Shown here one piece after another: positions 44,186-53,581 of a DNA stretch of 63,233 nt. Both the position numbers and the translations under genes were made by a program. This DNA comes from an uncultured Rhodospirillaceae bacterium. GTDB taxonomy: Bacteria; Pseudomonadota; Alphaproteobacteria; Rhodospirillales; UBA2165. A model generated the notes under the pieces. That model ran no database searches, was not told the origin of the DNA, and saw nothing but the letters and a program-made list of their open reading frames with translations. The DNA is taken from positions 1-63,233 of the forward strand of contig CAZXSC010000005.1 in assembly GCA_964643045.1 (NCBI GenBank), read 5' to 3'. Position 1 is the stretch's first letter. Every line of letters starts with the position of its first letter.

Positions 44186-46180
44186 TCAGTATTTAGCTTT
44201 CGGAATTATAACTTTTCCACTCTTATTGAGGTATGTTCGATACGTCCGGTAATTCTCAATAACACGCTGAATATAGTTTCGCGTTTCACCAAAAGAAATC
44301 ATTTCGATCCAATCAATTTTATCTATATCAATATTTCTCGGATCTCCATTTCGTTTGATCCATATTTTTGCGCGTGCTGGCCCGGCATTGTATGCCGCTA
44401 ACGTTAACACAAGGGACCCATCAAATTGTTTTAGTAGTTCTTGGAGATACACTTGACCTATTTTTAGATTATAGTTGACATCGCTCGTTAATTTAGACTG
44501 TTGATAGGGTATTTTGTACTTCTTAGCTAAGCGCTTGGCCGTAGCGGGCATAATTTGCATCAAACCTCGCGCTCCAGCGTGACTAATAGCTTCAACATTA
44601 AATGCGCTTTCTTGACGAATAAGTGCGTATAGAAAGGCTAAATCAATTTTAATTTTGTTCTTAATAGTTAGGGTTGGAAATCCCTCCTTTATTAACGTGA
44701 AACCGGAGCGATACGCTTTTTTTGATATGTAAATAGCGAGGTCGGATCGTCCACTTTCACGAGCAAGTCGCGCGACGTTCTCATACCAGATAGCCGATGA
44801 TTTTTTTTCATTCAGTGTATATAAAAATGGTTTCAAAAGATCAGACATTTCTGCTTTGGTTAGCACTTTAATAACGCTAACTAATTTGTTGTTTTTAAAA
44901 TCAGAATCGTAGTTTCCCTTAATAGTACTATCTGGAACAATATTTTCTGGCTGCTTTGAGTTTAATTTCAAGGCAGCCTGTTGACCATAAAAAGTTAGAT
45001 CAAAAGAGGCAGCTTTTCTATACCAGACTTGTGCCTGTCTTTGATTATTTAAAGCCTCGGCTGTTCTTGCAGCCCAATAGGCGCCACGTGCGCGACTTAT
45101 TGGGTAACGGGATTTTTTAAATACGGCGTCAAAGTGTTGCAGTGCCAATGCACTTTCTTTTAGGAATCTCAAAGCTATCCAGCCGGCAAGCCATTCTGCT
45201 TCGACAAAATACTTCCCTTCCGTTAAGCCATGATTACGTGCTAGGTCATAAGCTTGACTTATATGGCCAGACTGTAAAATGCGACGCACCAAGATAGCTT
45301 TCTCTTTCCACCAACGCTCGGCGTGTTCAAGGTTCGAAGGTAGGTTCGCAAAAAGTTTAATAGCGTCCTGATCACGTCCTTTACGTCTGCGCCATCGAAG
45401 TCGTTCGAAGATTAGACCCGGTTCGTTTAATAGTTTGTGCGGTACTTTGGCAATAGTGCGATCAACGCCACCTCTAAACCGGCGGAGTGTGATCCGTGCG
45501 AATGCCAAGGCACGATAATCTTTGTTAACCTTATGCAACATCCGTCTCACAGGGTAGTAACGGCCTTTCCACAATAATCGTTCGAGACGTTGAAGATGGT
45601 TATCACGTGTTAAGTAGTGTCTATATTTCTTGTAGAATAGGCGTTCTTGACGCGCGCCAAAATTTCCTTTCACCCACGTATTTTGGAAAACTTTAATCGC
45701 GTCGGATTTGTTCTTTTGCTGGAGTAAAGCTACCCCTAGTCGAATACCACCATCGGGGGTCATAGGCGAGTTGTTTTTAAACCAGGCAGTTACTTTTTCT
45801 GGATCCATTCCCGGTCTCATAGATTCTTCTGCGCGTTTTCTTAGTAAAGTTTGTGAAGGCCATTCTGGATTTTCCCTTATGAATTTATTAATTTCCGAAA
45901 ATCGTGCTCCAGAATTCCGAGATGTATAATATTGCCAGAGAAGTGCTTTTCTTAGTAGGGGGTTGCCGATTTTGATAATATGCCTTTTCACAATTTGCCA
46001 ATCTCGGTTTCTAATCAGATGCAGAACGTTTTTTCCTGTTTTGATATCGGTTTTCGTGAGAGCCGTGAAATTTGATCCTGTGATTTGAAGACCATTTGCT
46101 GCAAACGCAGACACTGATCCCGCATAACTAATTAATAAAAAGAAAAAAATAGATAATTTGATTAGTTGTTCTAGCTTCAT
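44186..46180 (-). CDS. slt: Soluble lytic murein transglycosylase (Slt70-like)
   Basis: IRQESAF, GARGLMQIMPAT, AAYNAG and ETRNYIQRV motifs; divergent from dapA; start 46180 or 46219. Confidence 0.93.
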   Translation of the reverse strand: MKLEQLIKLSIFFFLLISYAGSVSAFAANGLQITGSNFTALTKTDIKTGKNVLHLIRNRDWQIVKRHIIKIGNPLLRKALLWQYYTSRNSGARFSEINKFIRENPEWPSQTLLRKRAEESMRPGMDPEKVTAWFKNNSPMTPDGGIRLGVALLQQKNKSDAIKVFQNTWVKGNFGARQERLFYKKYRHYLTRDNHLQRLERLLWKGRYYPVRRMLHKVNKDYRALAFARITLRRFRGGVDRTIAKVPHKLLNEPGLIFERLRWRRRKGRDQDAIKLFANLPSNLEHAERWWKEKAILVRRILQSGHISQAYDLARNHGLTEGKYFVEAEWLAGWIALRFLKESALALQHFDAVFKKSRYPISRARGAYWAARTAEALNNQRQAQVWYRKAASFDLTFYGQQAALKLNSKQPENIVPDSTIKGNYDSDFKNNKLVSVIKVLTKAEMSDLLKPFLYTLNEKKSSAIWYENVARLARESGRSDLAIYISKKAYRSGFTLIKEGFPTLTIKNKIKIDLAFLYALIRQESAFNVEAISHAGARGLMQIMPATAKRLAKKYKIPYQQSKLTSDVNYNLKIGQVYLQELLKQFDGSLVLTLAAYNAGPARAKIWIKRNGDPRNIDIDKIDWIEMISFGETRNYIQRVIENYRTYRTYLNKSGKVIIPKAKY

Positions 46181-46391
46181 TATTATATTCAGCCTCCATG
46201 TCTGCTGCAAAAAATTCATTCGTAATTTAATAGGGAATAATTTAATGGATCCTGGTTCGCGAGAAGGCTGATTTTTCAGGTAGGTTAATAGTTCAAGTAA
46301 GCAAAATAATCGTATATAGTAGATAATTGTATCACTTCTTGCTCGTATTTGCCACTAGCGTTATGCTCAGCATTGTAGTTTGGAGGATAAA

Positions 46392-47267
46392 ATGTTTAAT
46401 GGATCTTTCGTAGCGTTAATTACTCCGTTTAAAGATGGAAAGGTTGATGAGGAAACCTTTCGTGAATTTGTTGAATGGCAAATTTCAGAAGGCACAAATG
46501 GTTTAGTTCCTGTCGGAACGACAGGAGAATCGCCTACCCTTAGTCATGACGAGCACATGAAGGTGGTAGAAATTTGCATTAAGGTGGCTGATGGTCGCGT
46601 CCCTATCATTGCTGGCGCTGGGTCTAACTCTACTGACGAAGCAATTATGTTATCCCAACATGCAAAAAACGCAGGTGCAGACGCTGCTTTAGTCGTTACT
46701 CCCTATTACAATAAACCAACCCAAGAGGGTCTTTATCGACACTATGAAGCCATTCAAAGTGAAGCAGAAATTCCAATTATTATCTACAATATTCCTGCTA
46801 GAAGTATCATAGATATGAGTGTGGAAACTATGAAGCGTCTCTCAAAATTACAAAATATAGTTGGGGTAAAAGATGCCACCAGCGACCTTAACCGACCAAT
46901 TTTAACTGCGGCTGCATGTGGTAAGGACTTCTGTCAGCTTTCAGGCGAAGATGGAACGGCAATTCCTTTTAATGCAGGGGGTGGCCATGGATGTATTTCT
47001 GTAACTGGAAATATTGCCCCAAAGCTTTGTTCCGAGATGCAAACCGCCTGGTTTGAAGGAGACGTTGAACGCGCGATGGAATTACAGGATGTGCTAATGC
47101 CAGTTCATTCAGCATTGTTCTGCGAGACGTCACCCGGTCCTGTTAAATATGCGGCCGAGTTGATAGGGTTTGGGACGGCTTATGCCCGATTGCCGATTTG
47201 TGAAATTGCTGACAGTAGCAAGAAAATGGTTGAACGTGCGCTCAAAGACGCAGGAATAATATCTTAG
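46392..47267 (+). CDS. dapA: 4-hydroxy-tetrahydrodipicolinate synthase
   Basis: GTTGES, VTPYYNKP, YNIPAR and GVKDAT; GGAGG ribosome site before ATG 46392. Confidence 0.98.
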   Translation: MFNGSFVALITPFKDGKVDEETFREFVEWQISEGTNGLVPVGTTGESPTLSHDEHMKVVEICIKVADGRVPIIAGAGSNSTDEAIMLSQHAKNAGADAALVVTPYYNKPTQEGLYRHYEAIQSEAEIPIIIYNIPARSIIDMSVETMKRLSKLQNIVGVKDATSDLNRPILTAAACGKDFCQLSGEDGTAIPFNAGGGHGCISVTGNIAPKLCSEMQTAWFEGDVERAMELQDVLMPVHSALFCETSPGPVKYAAELIGFGTAYARLPICEIADSSKKMVERALKDAGIIS

Positions 47268-47277
47268 AGAAAGATTG

Positions 47278-47754
47278 ATGGCTAGAAAGAAAAAGTCGGA
47301 CGACCAAATCGCCGCTCGAAACCGTAAAGCTCGTCATAACTACTTCATTACGGATAACATCGAGGCAGGGATCATGCTTCAAGGGACAGAGATAAAATCA
47401 ATCCGTAATGGTAGATCCAGCATCGAAGAATCTTATGCGTCGGAAGAAGGCGGAGAGCTATTTCTCGTTAATGCTTATATCCCTGAATATCAGGCGGGAG
47501 GTCAAAATCAACATGAGACGCGACGTCCTAGAAAATTATTACTGCATAAAAAAGAACTTACGAAAATGATTAGTGCAGTAAATAGAGAGGGGGCGACCAT
47601 CGTTCCTTTGTCACTTTATTTCAACAAAAGAGGTATGCTCAAAGTTGATCTCGGTATGGCAAAAGGTAAGCGGCAATATGATAAACGCCAAACAAATAAA
47701 GAACGCGACTGGAAACGAAATCAAGCGAGGATTTTGCGCAATAAGAACAATTAA
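47278..47754 (+). CDS. smpB: SsrA-binding protein
   Basis: NRKARHNY, EAGIMLQGTEIKS and KGKRQYDKR motifs. Confidence 0.99.
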   Translation: MARKKKSDDQIAARNRKARHNYFITDNIEAGIMLQGTEIKSIRNGRSSIEESYASEEGGELFLVNAYIPEYQAGGQNQHETRRPRKLLLHKKELTKMISAVNREGATIVPLSLYFNKRGMLKVDLGMAKGKRQYDKRQTNKERDWKRNQARILRNKNN

Positions 47755-47766
47755 TGAGCTAACAAT

Positions 47767-48462
47767 CTAGCGCTTTTTAAATTGTGTTTTACCAAATAAG
47801 ATCTCACGCTCTGCCGCTGTAAAGTTGCCTGAGGGGCGTTCGTTAGCGAGAACTTTGGACCCTTTTTGAACAGCTGAGCGATCGTGTATCAGATTAACCC
47901 ATCTTTTTACATTTGGATAATCGTTGGCGTCGACTCCCCTTCGTTCAAACCCCTGAGCCCAGGGATGCGTAGCAATATCTGCGATTGAGTACTCATCGCC
48001 TGCTAAATAAATGCTACTGCTCAATTTTTTATCCATTACTCCATACAACCGATTACACTCGTTCACGTAACGATCAATGGCATATGGAATTTTATCAACC
48101 GCGTAATGCGAAAAATGGTTTGATTGACCGAACATGGGTCCAACTCCACCCATTTGAAACATCAACCATTGTAAGGTTTCATATCGTTGATGTGGTTCAG
48201 ATGGAAGGAATTTTCCAGTTTTTTCAGCAAGATATATTAAAATAGCACCAGATTCGAAAAGTGAAATGGGTTTACCATTCGGTCCATTTTTGTCAACAAT
48301 CGCTGGAATTCTATTGTTTGGTGAGATTTTTAAAAAATTCGGCTGAAATTGCTCACCTTTTCCAATATCCACTGGGTGTGCGTCATAATCCAAATCACAT
48401 TCTTCTAGCATAATATGAATTTTTCTACCATTTGGGGTTGGCCAAGAATAAATATCAATCAT
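47767..48462 (-). CDS. Glutathione S-transferase, YfcG/Ure2-like
   Basis: TPNGRKI, ISPNNRIPAI, LFESGAIL and WLMFQMGGVGPMFGQ motifs. Confidence 0.93.
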   Translation of the reverse strand: MIDIYSWPTPNGRKIHIMLEECDLDYDAHPVDIGKGEQFQPNFLKISPNNRIPAIVDKNGPNGKPISLFESGAILIYLAEKTGKFLPSEPHQRYETLQWLMFQMGGVGPMFGQSNHFSHYAVDKIPYAIDRYVNECNRLYGVMDKKLSSSIYLAGDEYSIADIATHPWAQGFERRGVDANDYPNVKRWVNLIHDRSAVQKGSKVLANERPSGNFTAAEREILFGKTQFKKR

Positions 48463-48568
48463 TTTCGATACCTGTAGAGTTTGGTTAAGTTCTTAACTAT
48501 TCACAAGGGTCATACACTACCGTTTCTAGACGATTTTTAAGTTATGTGCGATTTGATGTAAAACTGAT

Positions 48569-49177
48569 CTAAAAGCGAAAGCTAGCATTTTTGAATTCTA
48601 ACTTGAGTTGAGAATACGTTTTTATCGAAGGGAATTGGGGAAATTCAACTGTAACTTTTTCTGGGGCCATGAAAAGAAAGCCATGGTCGGCTTCTTTCAG
48701 CATTGTAGTGTCATTGTACGAGTCGCCAGCCGCAAATACCGTATAATTCAAGCTGTGCAATGCTTTAACAGCTTCGCGCTTGTGATCTTTCATCCGGAGA
48801 TGATAATTAATTATTTGCCCGTTTGGGTTAGCTTCTAGGCGATGACAAAACAGCGTAGGCCTCCCGAGTTTCTTCATTAAAGGATCGGCAAATTCATAAA
48901 AAGTATCTGATAAGATGACAACTTGAAAAAGCTCCCGAAGTTCGTTTAAAAATTCAAGGGCTCCCTCTAAAGGAGCTAAAGTATCTATTACTTCCTGGAT
49001 TATTGGCAAGCCCAGATTGTTTTCGTTCATTATACGAAGTCGCTGCCGCATTAGTTCATTATAATCAGGGATGTCGCGTGTCGTTGCACTTAGAGCCCGA
49101 ATCCCAGTTTTTTGAGCTACGTTAACCCAAATTTCCGGAATGAGAACTCCCTCAAGATCGAGGCAAACAATTTCCAA
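48569..49177 (-). CDS. thrH: Phosphoserine phosphatase / homoserine phosphotransferase
   Basis: CLDLEGVLIPEIW, TTRDIPDY, ILSDTFYEF and AAGDSYNDTTML motifs. Confidence 0.96.
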   Translation of the reverse strand: MEIVCLDLEGVLIPEIWVNVAQKTGIRALSATTRDIPDYNELMRQRLRIMNENNLGLPIIQEVIDTLAPLEGALEFLNELRELFQVVILSDTFYEFADPLMKKLGRPTLFCHRLEANPNGQIINYHLRMKDHKREAVKALHSLNYTVFAAGDSYNDTTMLKEADHGFLFMAPEKVTVEFPQFPSIKTYSQLKLEFKNASFRF

Positions 49178-49277
49178 AGGAGACCCCCTTTAAAATAGTA
49201 CAATACATGAATATAGAGGCGGATATACCATAAGGAAACGCCAGAACAAACTTTTTGTCACTTAATTGAAAAAAGAA

Positions 49278-50336
49278 TTATAAATTTAGAAATTTTGGGA
49301 TAACATTTTCACCGAACAGTCTCAAAGAATCTTCAGCATGTTCGACTGCTAAATCATTAAAATTAACTTGCAAAGACGCTATTTCAAAGCCACCTGTAAG
49401 ATCCAGGTAGTTTGCAATTTGCTCATTTATATCTTCTGGAGTTCCTATAAATGCGGCTCCCTTTTCCACTTGGCTTTCAAACGTCTCTTTAGAAAGTTGC
49501 TCAATAACTTTGTCATAGCCAGGATAATCATCTGAATTGCTTCCAGTAAGCCAAGGCGATGCCGAATCTACGATTGATTTTAAATAACGGTTTAGAGGAT
49601 CTCGTGAAAGTTCGATTGCTCGTTCGCGATCTTTATGACAGAACATGTGATGAGCTAACATCACATTTCCCTCGCCTTCATGTCCAGCTTCGTTCCATGC
49701 GTTACGATAAATGCTTATAAGTTCATTCATTTTACCGCCAGTAAGCGGTATAGCCATGATATTGAAACCCATTTTGCCGGCAAATTCAAAAGAACTAGGA
49801 GAAATAAGCGCAGCAATCCAAATAGGAGGCCTTGGCCGCTGGATGGTGCGTGGTGTAATAGTTATATTCCTGAAACTATGAAATTGACCTTCTGAGGTAA
49901 CATTCTCCTCCTCCAATAGTTTTCTAACCTGTTCCAGCCCCTCAAAAAATCTCCCTTTGCTTTCGTTAAGCGGGCGGCCGAAGCCTTCAAACTCGTGAGG
50001 CAAAAAGGCACGTCCAAAACCGCATTCTATACGCCCACCAGAAATAGCATCCAGCATTCCTATCTCTCCCGCCACCTTCAGAGGGTTATTGAATATAGGT
50101 AAAACAGCCCCAGTAATTAAGCGTGCTTTCCTAGATCGCATTGCGGCGGCGGCCAGAAAAATATGAGGATTGGGTGAGTAGCCGCCATAATTGACAAAGT
50201 GGTGTTCGACAGTTCGTATATGGGTGTATCCCAATTCATCGGCAAGGGAGGTCAGGTATAAACACTCATCCCAATACTGATCTGCTAATTTTTGATCTGG
50301 ACTTACGTCGGGAAAAAATTGTATGCCAAATTTCAT
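49278..50336 (-). CDS. Luciferase-like (LLM) flavin-dependent oxidoreductase
   Basis: MKFG start, VEHHF, LDAISGGRIECGFGR and QRPRPPIWIA motifs; substrate unknown. Confidence 0.9.
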   Translation of the reverse strand: MKFGIQFFPDVSPDQKLADQYWDECLYLTSLADELGYTHIRTVEHHFVNYGGYSPNPHIFLAAAAMRSRKARLITGAVLPIFNNPLKVAGEIGMLDAISGGRIECGFGRAFLPHEFEGFGRPLNESKGRFFEGLEQVRKLLEEENVTSEGQFHSFRNITITPRTIQRPRPPIWIAALISPSSFEFAGKMGFNIMAIPLTGGKMNELISIYRNAWNEAGHEGEGNVMLAHHMFCHKDRERAIELSRDPLNRYLKSIVDSASPWLTGSNSDDYPGYDKVIEQLSKETFESQVEKGAAFIGTPEDINEQIANYLDLTGGFEIASLQVNFNDLAVEHAEDSLRLFGENVIPKFLNL

Positions 50337-50344
50337 TTTTAATC

Positions 50345-50995
50345 TCAATTTATTTGAAGATGAGTTAAAAGCTCTTTAAATACATCATGGAACATTTGTT
50401 TGGTCAAACGCCCAGTATTAGTATTATAACGGGAGCAATGGTAGCTATCGACCAGTACAAACTTATCAAATCGATGAGAAGAATTATGGCCGAACTTATA
50501 TTCAGCTTTGGGCTTTTCTAGTACAGTTAGTATCGCGGTATGTGCCAATCCTCCTAATGCCAAAACAACCTTTAAATTTTTCATATTCGTTAGTTCACTG
50601 AATAGAAAGGATGCGCAGTTTTTAACCTCAGGCCCATTTGGCTTATTTTGAGGAGGAAGACATCTGACCGCATTGGTAATCCTGCAGTTATTGAGGACTA
50701 AACTATCTCCGGAATGGGCTTCGTAGCTACCGAATGCTAAACCAAAATCTAACAATGTTGAATAGAGCAGATCTCCTGTATAATCGCCAGTAAAAGGTCT
50801 TCCCGTTCGATTTGCGCCTTTTAGTCCTGGAGCCAACCCAACAATTAATAATTGACTATCAATGTTTCCGAAGGAATTAACTGGAGCGTTGTGCCATTCA
50901 GGGTATTTCGTTCTATTTTCTAATATAAATTCACGCAACCGTTGGCATTTTTTGCATTCTCGATTAGGCTGTTTTACCTTTTTTTGGCTTATCAA
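50345..50995 (-). CDS. Uracil-DNA glycosylase (Fe-S type, family 5-like)
   Basis: CKKCQRL, VGLAPGLKGANRTGRPFTGD, NAVRCLPPQNKP and SYHCSRYNTNTG motifs. Confidence 0.93.
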   Translation of the reverse strand: MISQKKVKQPNRECKKCQRLREFILENRTKYPEWHNAPVNSFGNIDSQLLIVGLAPGLKGANRTGRPFTGDYTGDLLYSTLLDFGLAFGSYEAHSGDSLVLNNCRITNAVRCLPPQNKPNGPEVKNCASFLFSELTNMKNLKVVLALGGLAHTAILTVLEKPKAEYKFGHNSSHRFDKFVLVDSYHCSRYNTNTGRLTKQMFHDVFKELLTHLQIN

Positions 50996-51122
50996 AATAG
51001 TGGTCCTGGATCAATAAGATGAATTATCTTAGTTCAACCGATAGTATATTTCGTATTATTTCTCTATATGCAAGAATATATCTTTATAGTAGTTCTAGTG
51101 GTATAAACTTGAAGATGGATTA

Positions 51123-51614
51123 ATGATAATAGTAGCAATTGGGTCAAATCTCGAATCAAATGTATACGGGTCTAGCATAGACATCTGTAACAAATCTGTC
51201 GAATTAATAAGAAATCACGGTGTAGGGGTCATTAATCAGTCTAGTTGGTATGAGACTGCCCCAATACCAGCATCTTCCCAGCCAAACTATATTAATGGAG
51301 TAGTAAGCGTTCAAACCCAATTGAGTAGCGAAGAACTTTTGTTATTGCTGCTCTCAATTGAGAAAGAAATGGGAAGGGTGCGCACATCGAGAAACGCGGC
51401 ACGGATTATAGACTTAGATTTAATATGCTATAACGACGACATTGTTAGAAGCAAAGGGCTGACTTTGCCTCATTCAAAGCTATCGGAACGCGTTTTTGTA
51501 GTTAAACCCATTTCTGAGATTGCCCCGAATTGGGAGCATCCAGTATCGGGGTTAATGGTTAATGAGATTCTACAGAAACTATCAAATCAAGAAATACAGC
51601 AGCTTTCCAATTGA
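51123..51614 (+). CDS. folK: 2-amino-4-hydroxy-6-hydroxymethyldihydropteridine diphosphokinase
   Basis: AIGSNL, YETAP, ARIIDLDLI and LPH..ERVFV motifs. Confidence 0.96.
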   Translation: MIIVAIGSNLESNVYGSSIDICNKSVELIRNHGVGVINQSSWYETAPIPASSQPNYINGVVSVQTQLSSEELLLLLLSIEKEMGRVRTSRNAARIIDLDLICYNDDIVRSKGLTLPHSKLSERVFVVKPISEIAPNWEHPVSGLMVNEILQKLSNQEIQQLSN

Positions 51615-51739
51615 TGACTTGTTTTTTCTGAAAACTGGCTTATATAGTCCCAACTGTTTTTCTGGATCAAAAACTGCGCGTGTTCAAACATTACCAAAGT
51701 TTAAATTTTAAATTTTGAACAAATTAAGGAGACCGAAGC

Positions 51740-52123
51740 ATGGCTCGTGTCACTGTTGAAGACTGTATTGAAAAAGTCGATAATCGTTTCGAACTCGTGA
51801 TGCTTGCGGCTCAACGTGCGCGAACGCTTTCCTCTGGCGCTGAATTGACGGTAGAACGAGACAATGACAAAAATTGTGTTGTTGCATTGCGAGAAATCGC
51901 CGAAGAAACACTAGATTTAGCCGAAATAGAAGAAAGCCTTGTTCAAGGCCTCCAAAAATATGTCGAGCCAGATGAGCCGGATGAAATAGAGATGGACCTC
52001 TTAGAATCGTCGGAAGATTCAGCCGAGGAAATTGCGGTAAATGTTGCCGCTACTGGAGCTTCGCCTGATGGGCCAAAAAGACCAGCATTTGATGATAATA
52101 TAGGCGAAGACGACGAGTTTTAA
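51740..52123 (+). CDS. rpoZ: RNA polymerase omega subunit
   Basis: [29 protein letters not shown]; strong AAGGAG ribosome site. Confidence 0.99.
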   Translation: MARVTVEDCIEKVDNRFELVMLAAQRARTLSSGAELTVERDNDKNCVVALREIAEETLDLAEIEESLVQGLQKYVEPDEPDEIEMDLLESSEDSAEEIAVNVAATGASPDGPKRPAFDDNIGEDDEF

Positions 52124-52174
52124 TAATTTAATTGTTACAGCAATGCGGAATTAGAATTTTATTCTTTGACAAAA

Positions 52175-53401
52175 TCATATGTGTTTAAGCATAGCGTTAG
52201 GTACGAAGTGTGTTCTGCCGATTAAATTTAACTCTTCACTTTCATGCTCAAGGCATAAAAAACGAAGCTGAATAAGTAGCCTTCCCGCCAATGTTTTCTC
52301 ATAAAACCAATCTCCCAATTGGCCATCGGAGATATTCTTTGGACGCGCCATTGCAGACTGAAAGTAAAAATGTTTAAGGTCGTCTGCGGCCAATTTTAAC
52401 GCCCGACCAATTGGTTTATCAGCGAGAAAACTTTCAATTAAGGGATTTTTAAGAAAGCCAACCAGGAGATCAACTATTTCCTCTGGTGAAAAATCGGTTA
52501 GTCCGTCTAGTCTGCGACCGTTAAATTTTTTAATCGACTCTCGATACCAAGGGTGTAAAAGCGCAATTTCCTGTTTTAGATCTATCGCTAGTGCTTCAAT
52601 ATCGCTGATATCCTTTGCGGCTATATTAAAGTTTACGGGGCAAATCCATTTGTCAATTTCATCATTACTTGCGTTGTTGTTTGGCGGCATTTCATTAAAG
52701 ACCTCGATTAATGGCCCATCACTTCGTTCAAGCAATTTTAAGGCGTCAATCAAAACACGTCGCTGAAATTCTGGCTCATTTGGAGCGCCAAAGGGTCGGC
52801 CCAATTCAAACGGCACATATAAGGCTCGTGGGGGGCGCATCCCCTCCGTATGTTTCCGGATCAAACTAATTAGCGTAGTTGGAATTCCTTCGCGTTCTAG
52901 ATAATGTGCCAGCCCGCCAACGGCGCGCGTGCATTGTGGTCAGACACCTGCCAGGAGAACTCCATTCACGTTATCGTCCTTCAATAACCCAGAGAGATCC
53001 TTGGAAACCGCTTCTTGTGCCATGGGTGGAGTAGCGCCCATAAATGCATAATGATAACTGGCAATTTCTTGGATTTCTCCGGCAACTTGAAGTTCGCGCA
53101 AACGATCAATCGGAAACACTACATTGAGATCCTGTTGAAAACCTGTGCGATCAAAATTGGTCGATACGTGGCTCATGAGAAGGTCGTTCATGTCCGTATC
53201 ATTTGGAATGATACGGTATTCACCGACGCCCGGCGTAAAAGTTCTATCGTTTCGCCGTTGTAATCCAGCAGTTGTGATCAGTGAAATTTTGCGTTGAGCA
53301 AGTGCCGGGCCTTCTGCGCAGGCAGTATCATCATATTTTGGTAATTCTTGATTAACTATCATATTGCGCTGAGGCTCAGGCATGTCTGAAAAATATACCA
53401 T
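52175..53401 (-). CDS. PrdB/GrdB-family reductase selenoprotein B-like protein, 408 aa, predicted Sec154 (TGA at 52942-52940)
   Basis: ORFs 52940..53401 and 52175..52864 share a frame and are separated only by one TGA. Read-through gives NGVLLAGV-U-PQCTRAVGGLAHYLEREGIPTTLISLIRKHTEGMRPPRALYVPF, a UxxC motif. N-terminal VFPIDRLREL..YAFMG is PrdB-like. SECIS-like hairpin follows the TGA. Confidence 0.88.
52907..52933 (-). promoter_or_regulatory. Candidate bacterial SECIS element of the PrdB-like gene
   Basis: mRNA UGA-CCACAA-UGC AC GC G CGCC[GUU]GGCG G GC UG GCA; apical loop starts with G, 18 nt after the UGA. Confidence 0.7.
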
Positions 53402-53449
53402 CTGTTTCCTTTATTCTTATTCTCAAAGGTTAATCAAGTAATCTGGTTA

Positions 53450-53483
53450 TTAACGTTCCCGATTATAGCTAATCTCACGTTAA
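53450..53483. promoter_or_regulatory. Imperfect inverted repeat in the divergent promoter between the two predicted selenoprotein genes
   Basis: TTAACGT-tccc-GATTA-tagc-TAATC-tc-ACGTTAA. Confidence 0.45.
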
Positions 53484-53581
53484 GCATGTATAATTGAGCG
53501 ATTACTCGTTTCCAACACACAGATTAAAGATGCTGAAAATGAGTTAGTTTTAGGCTATTAGTATAAGCAAGGGAATAATTC

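Noticed and set aside
52151-52177. Terminal TGA of the PrdB-like gene followed by Phe-Cys codons, possible second Sec
   Set aside because: Downstream is AT-rich with no SECIS-like stem, and a TAA follows after seven codons.
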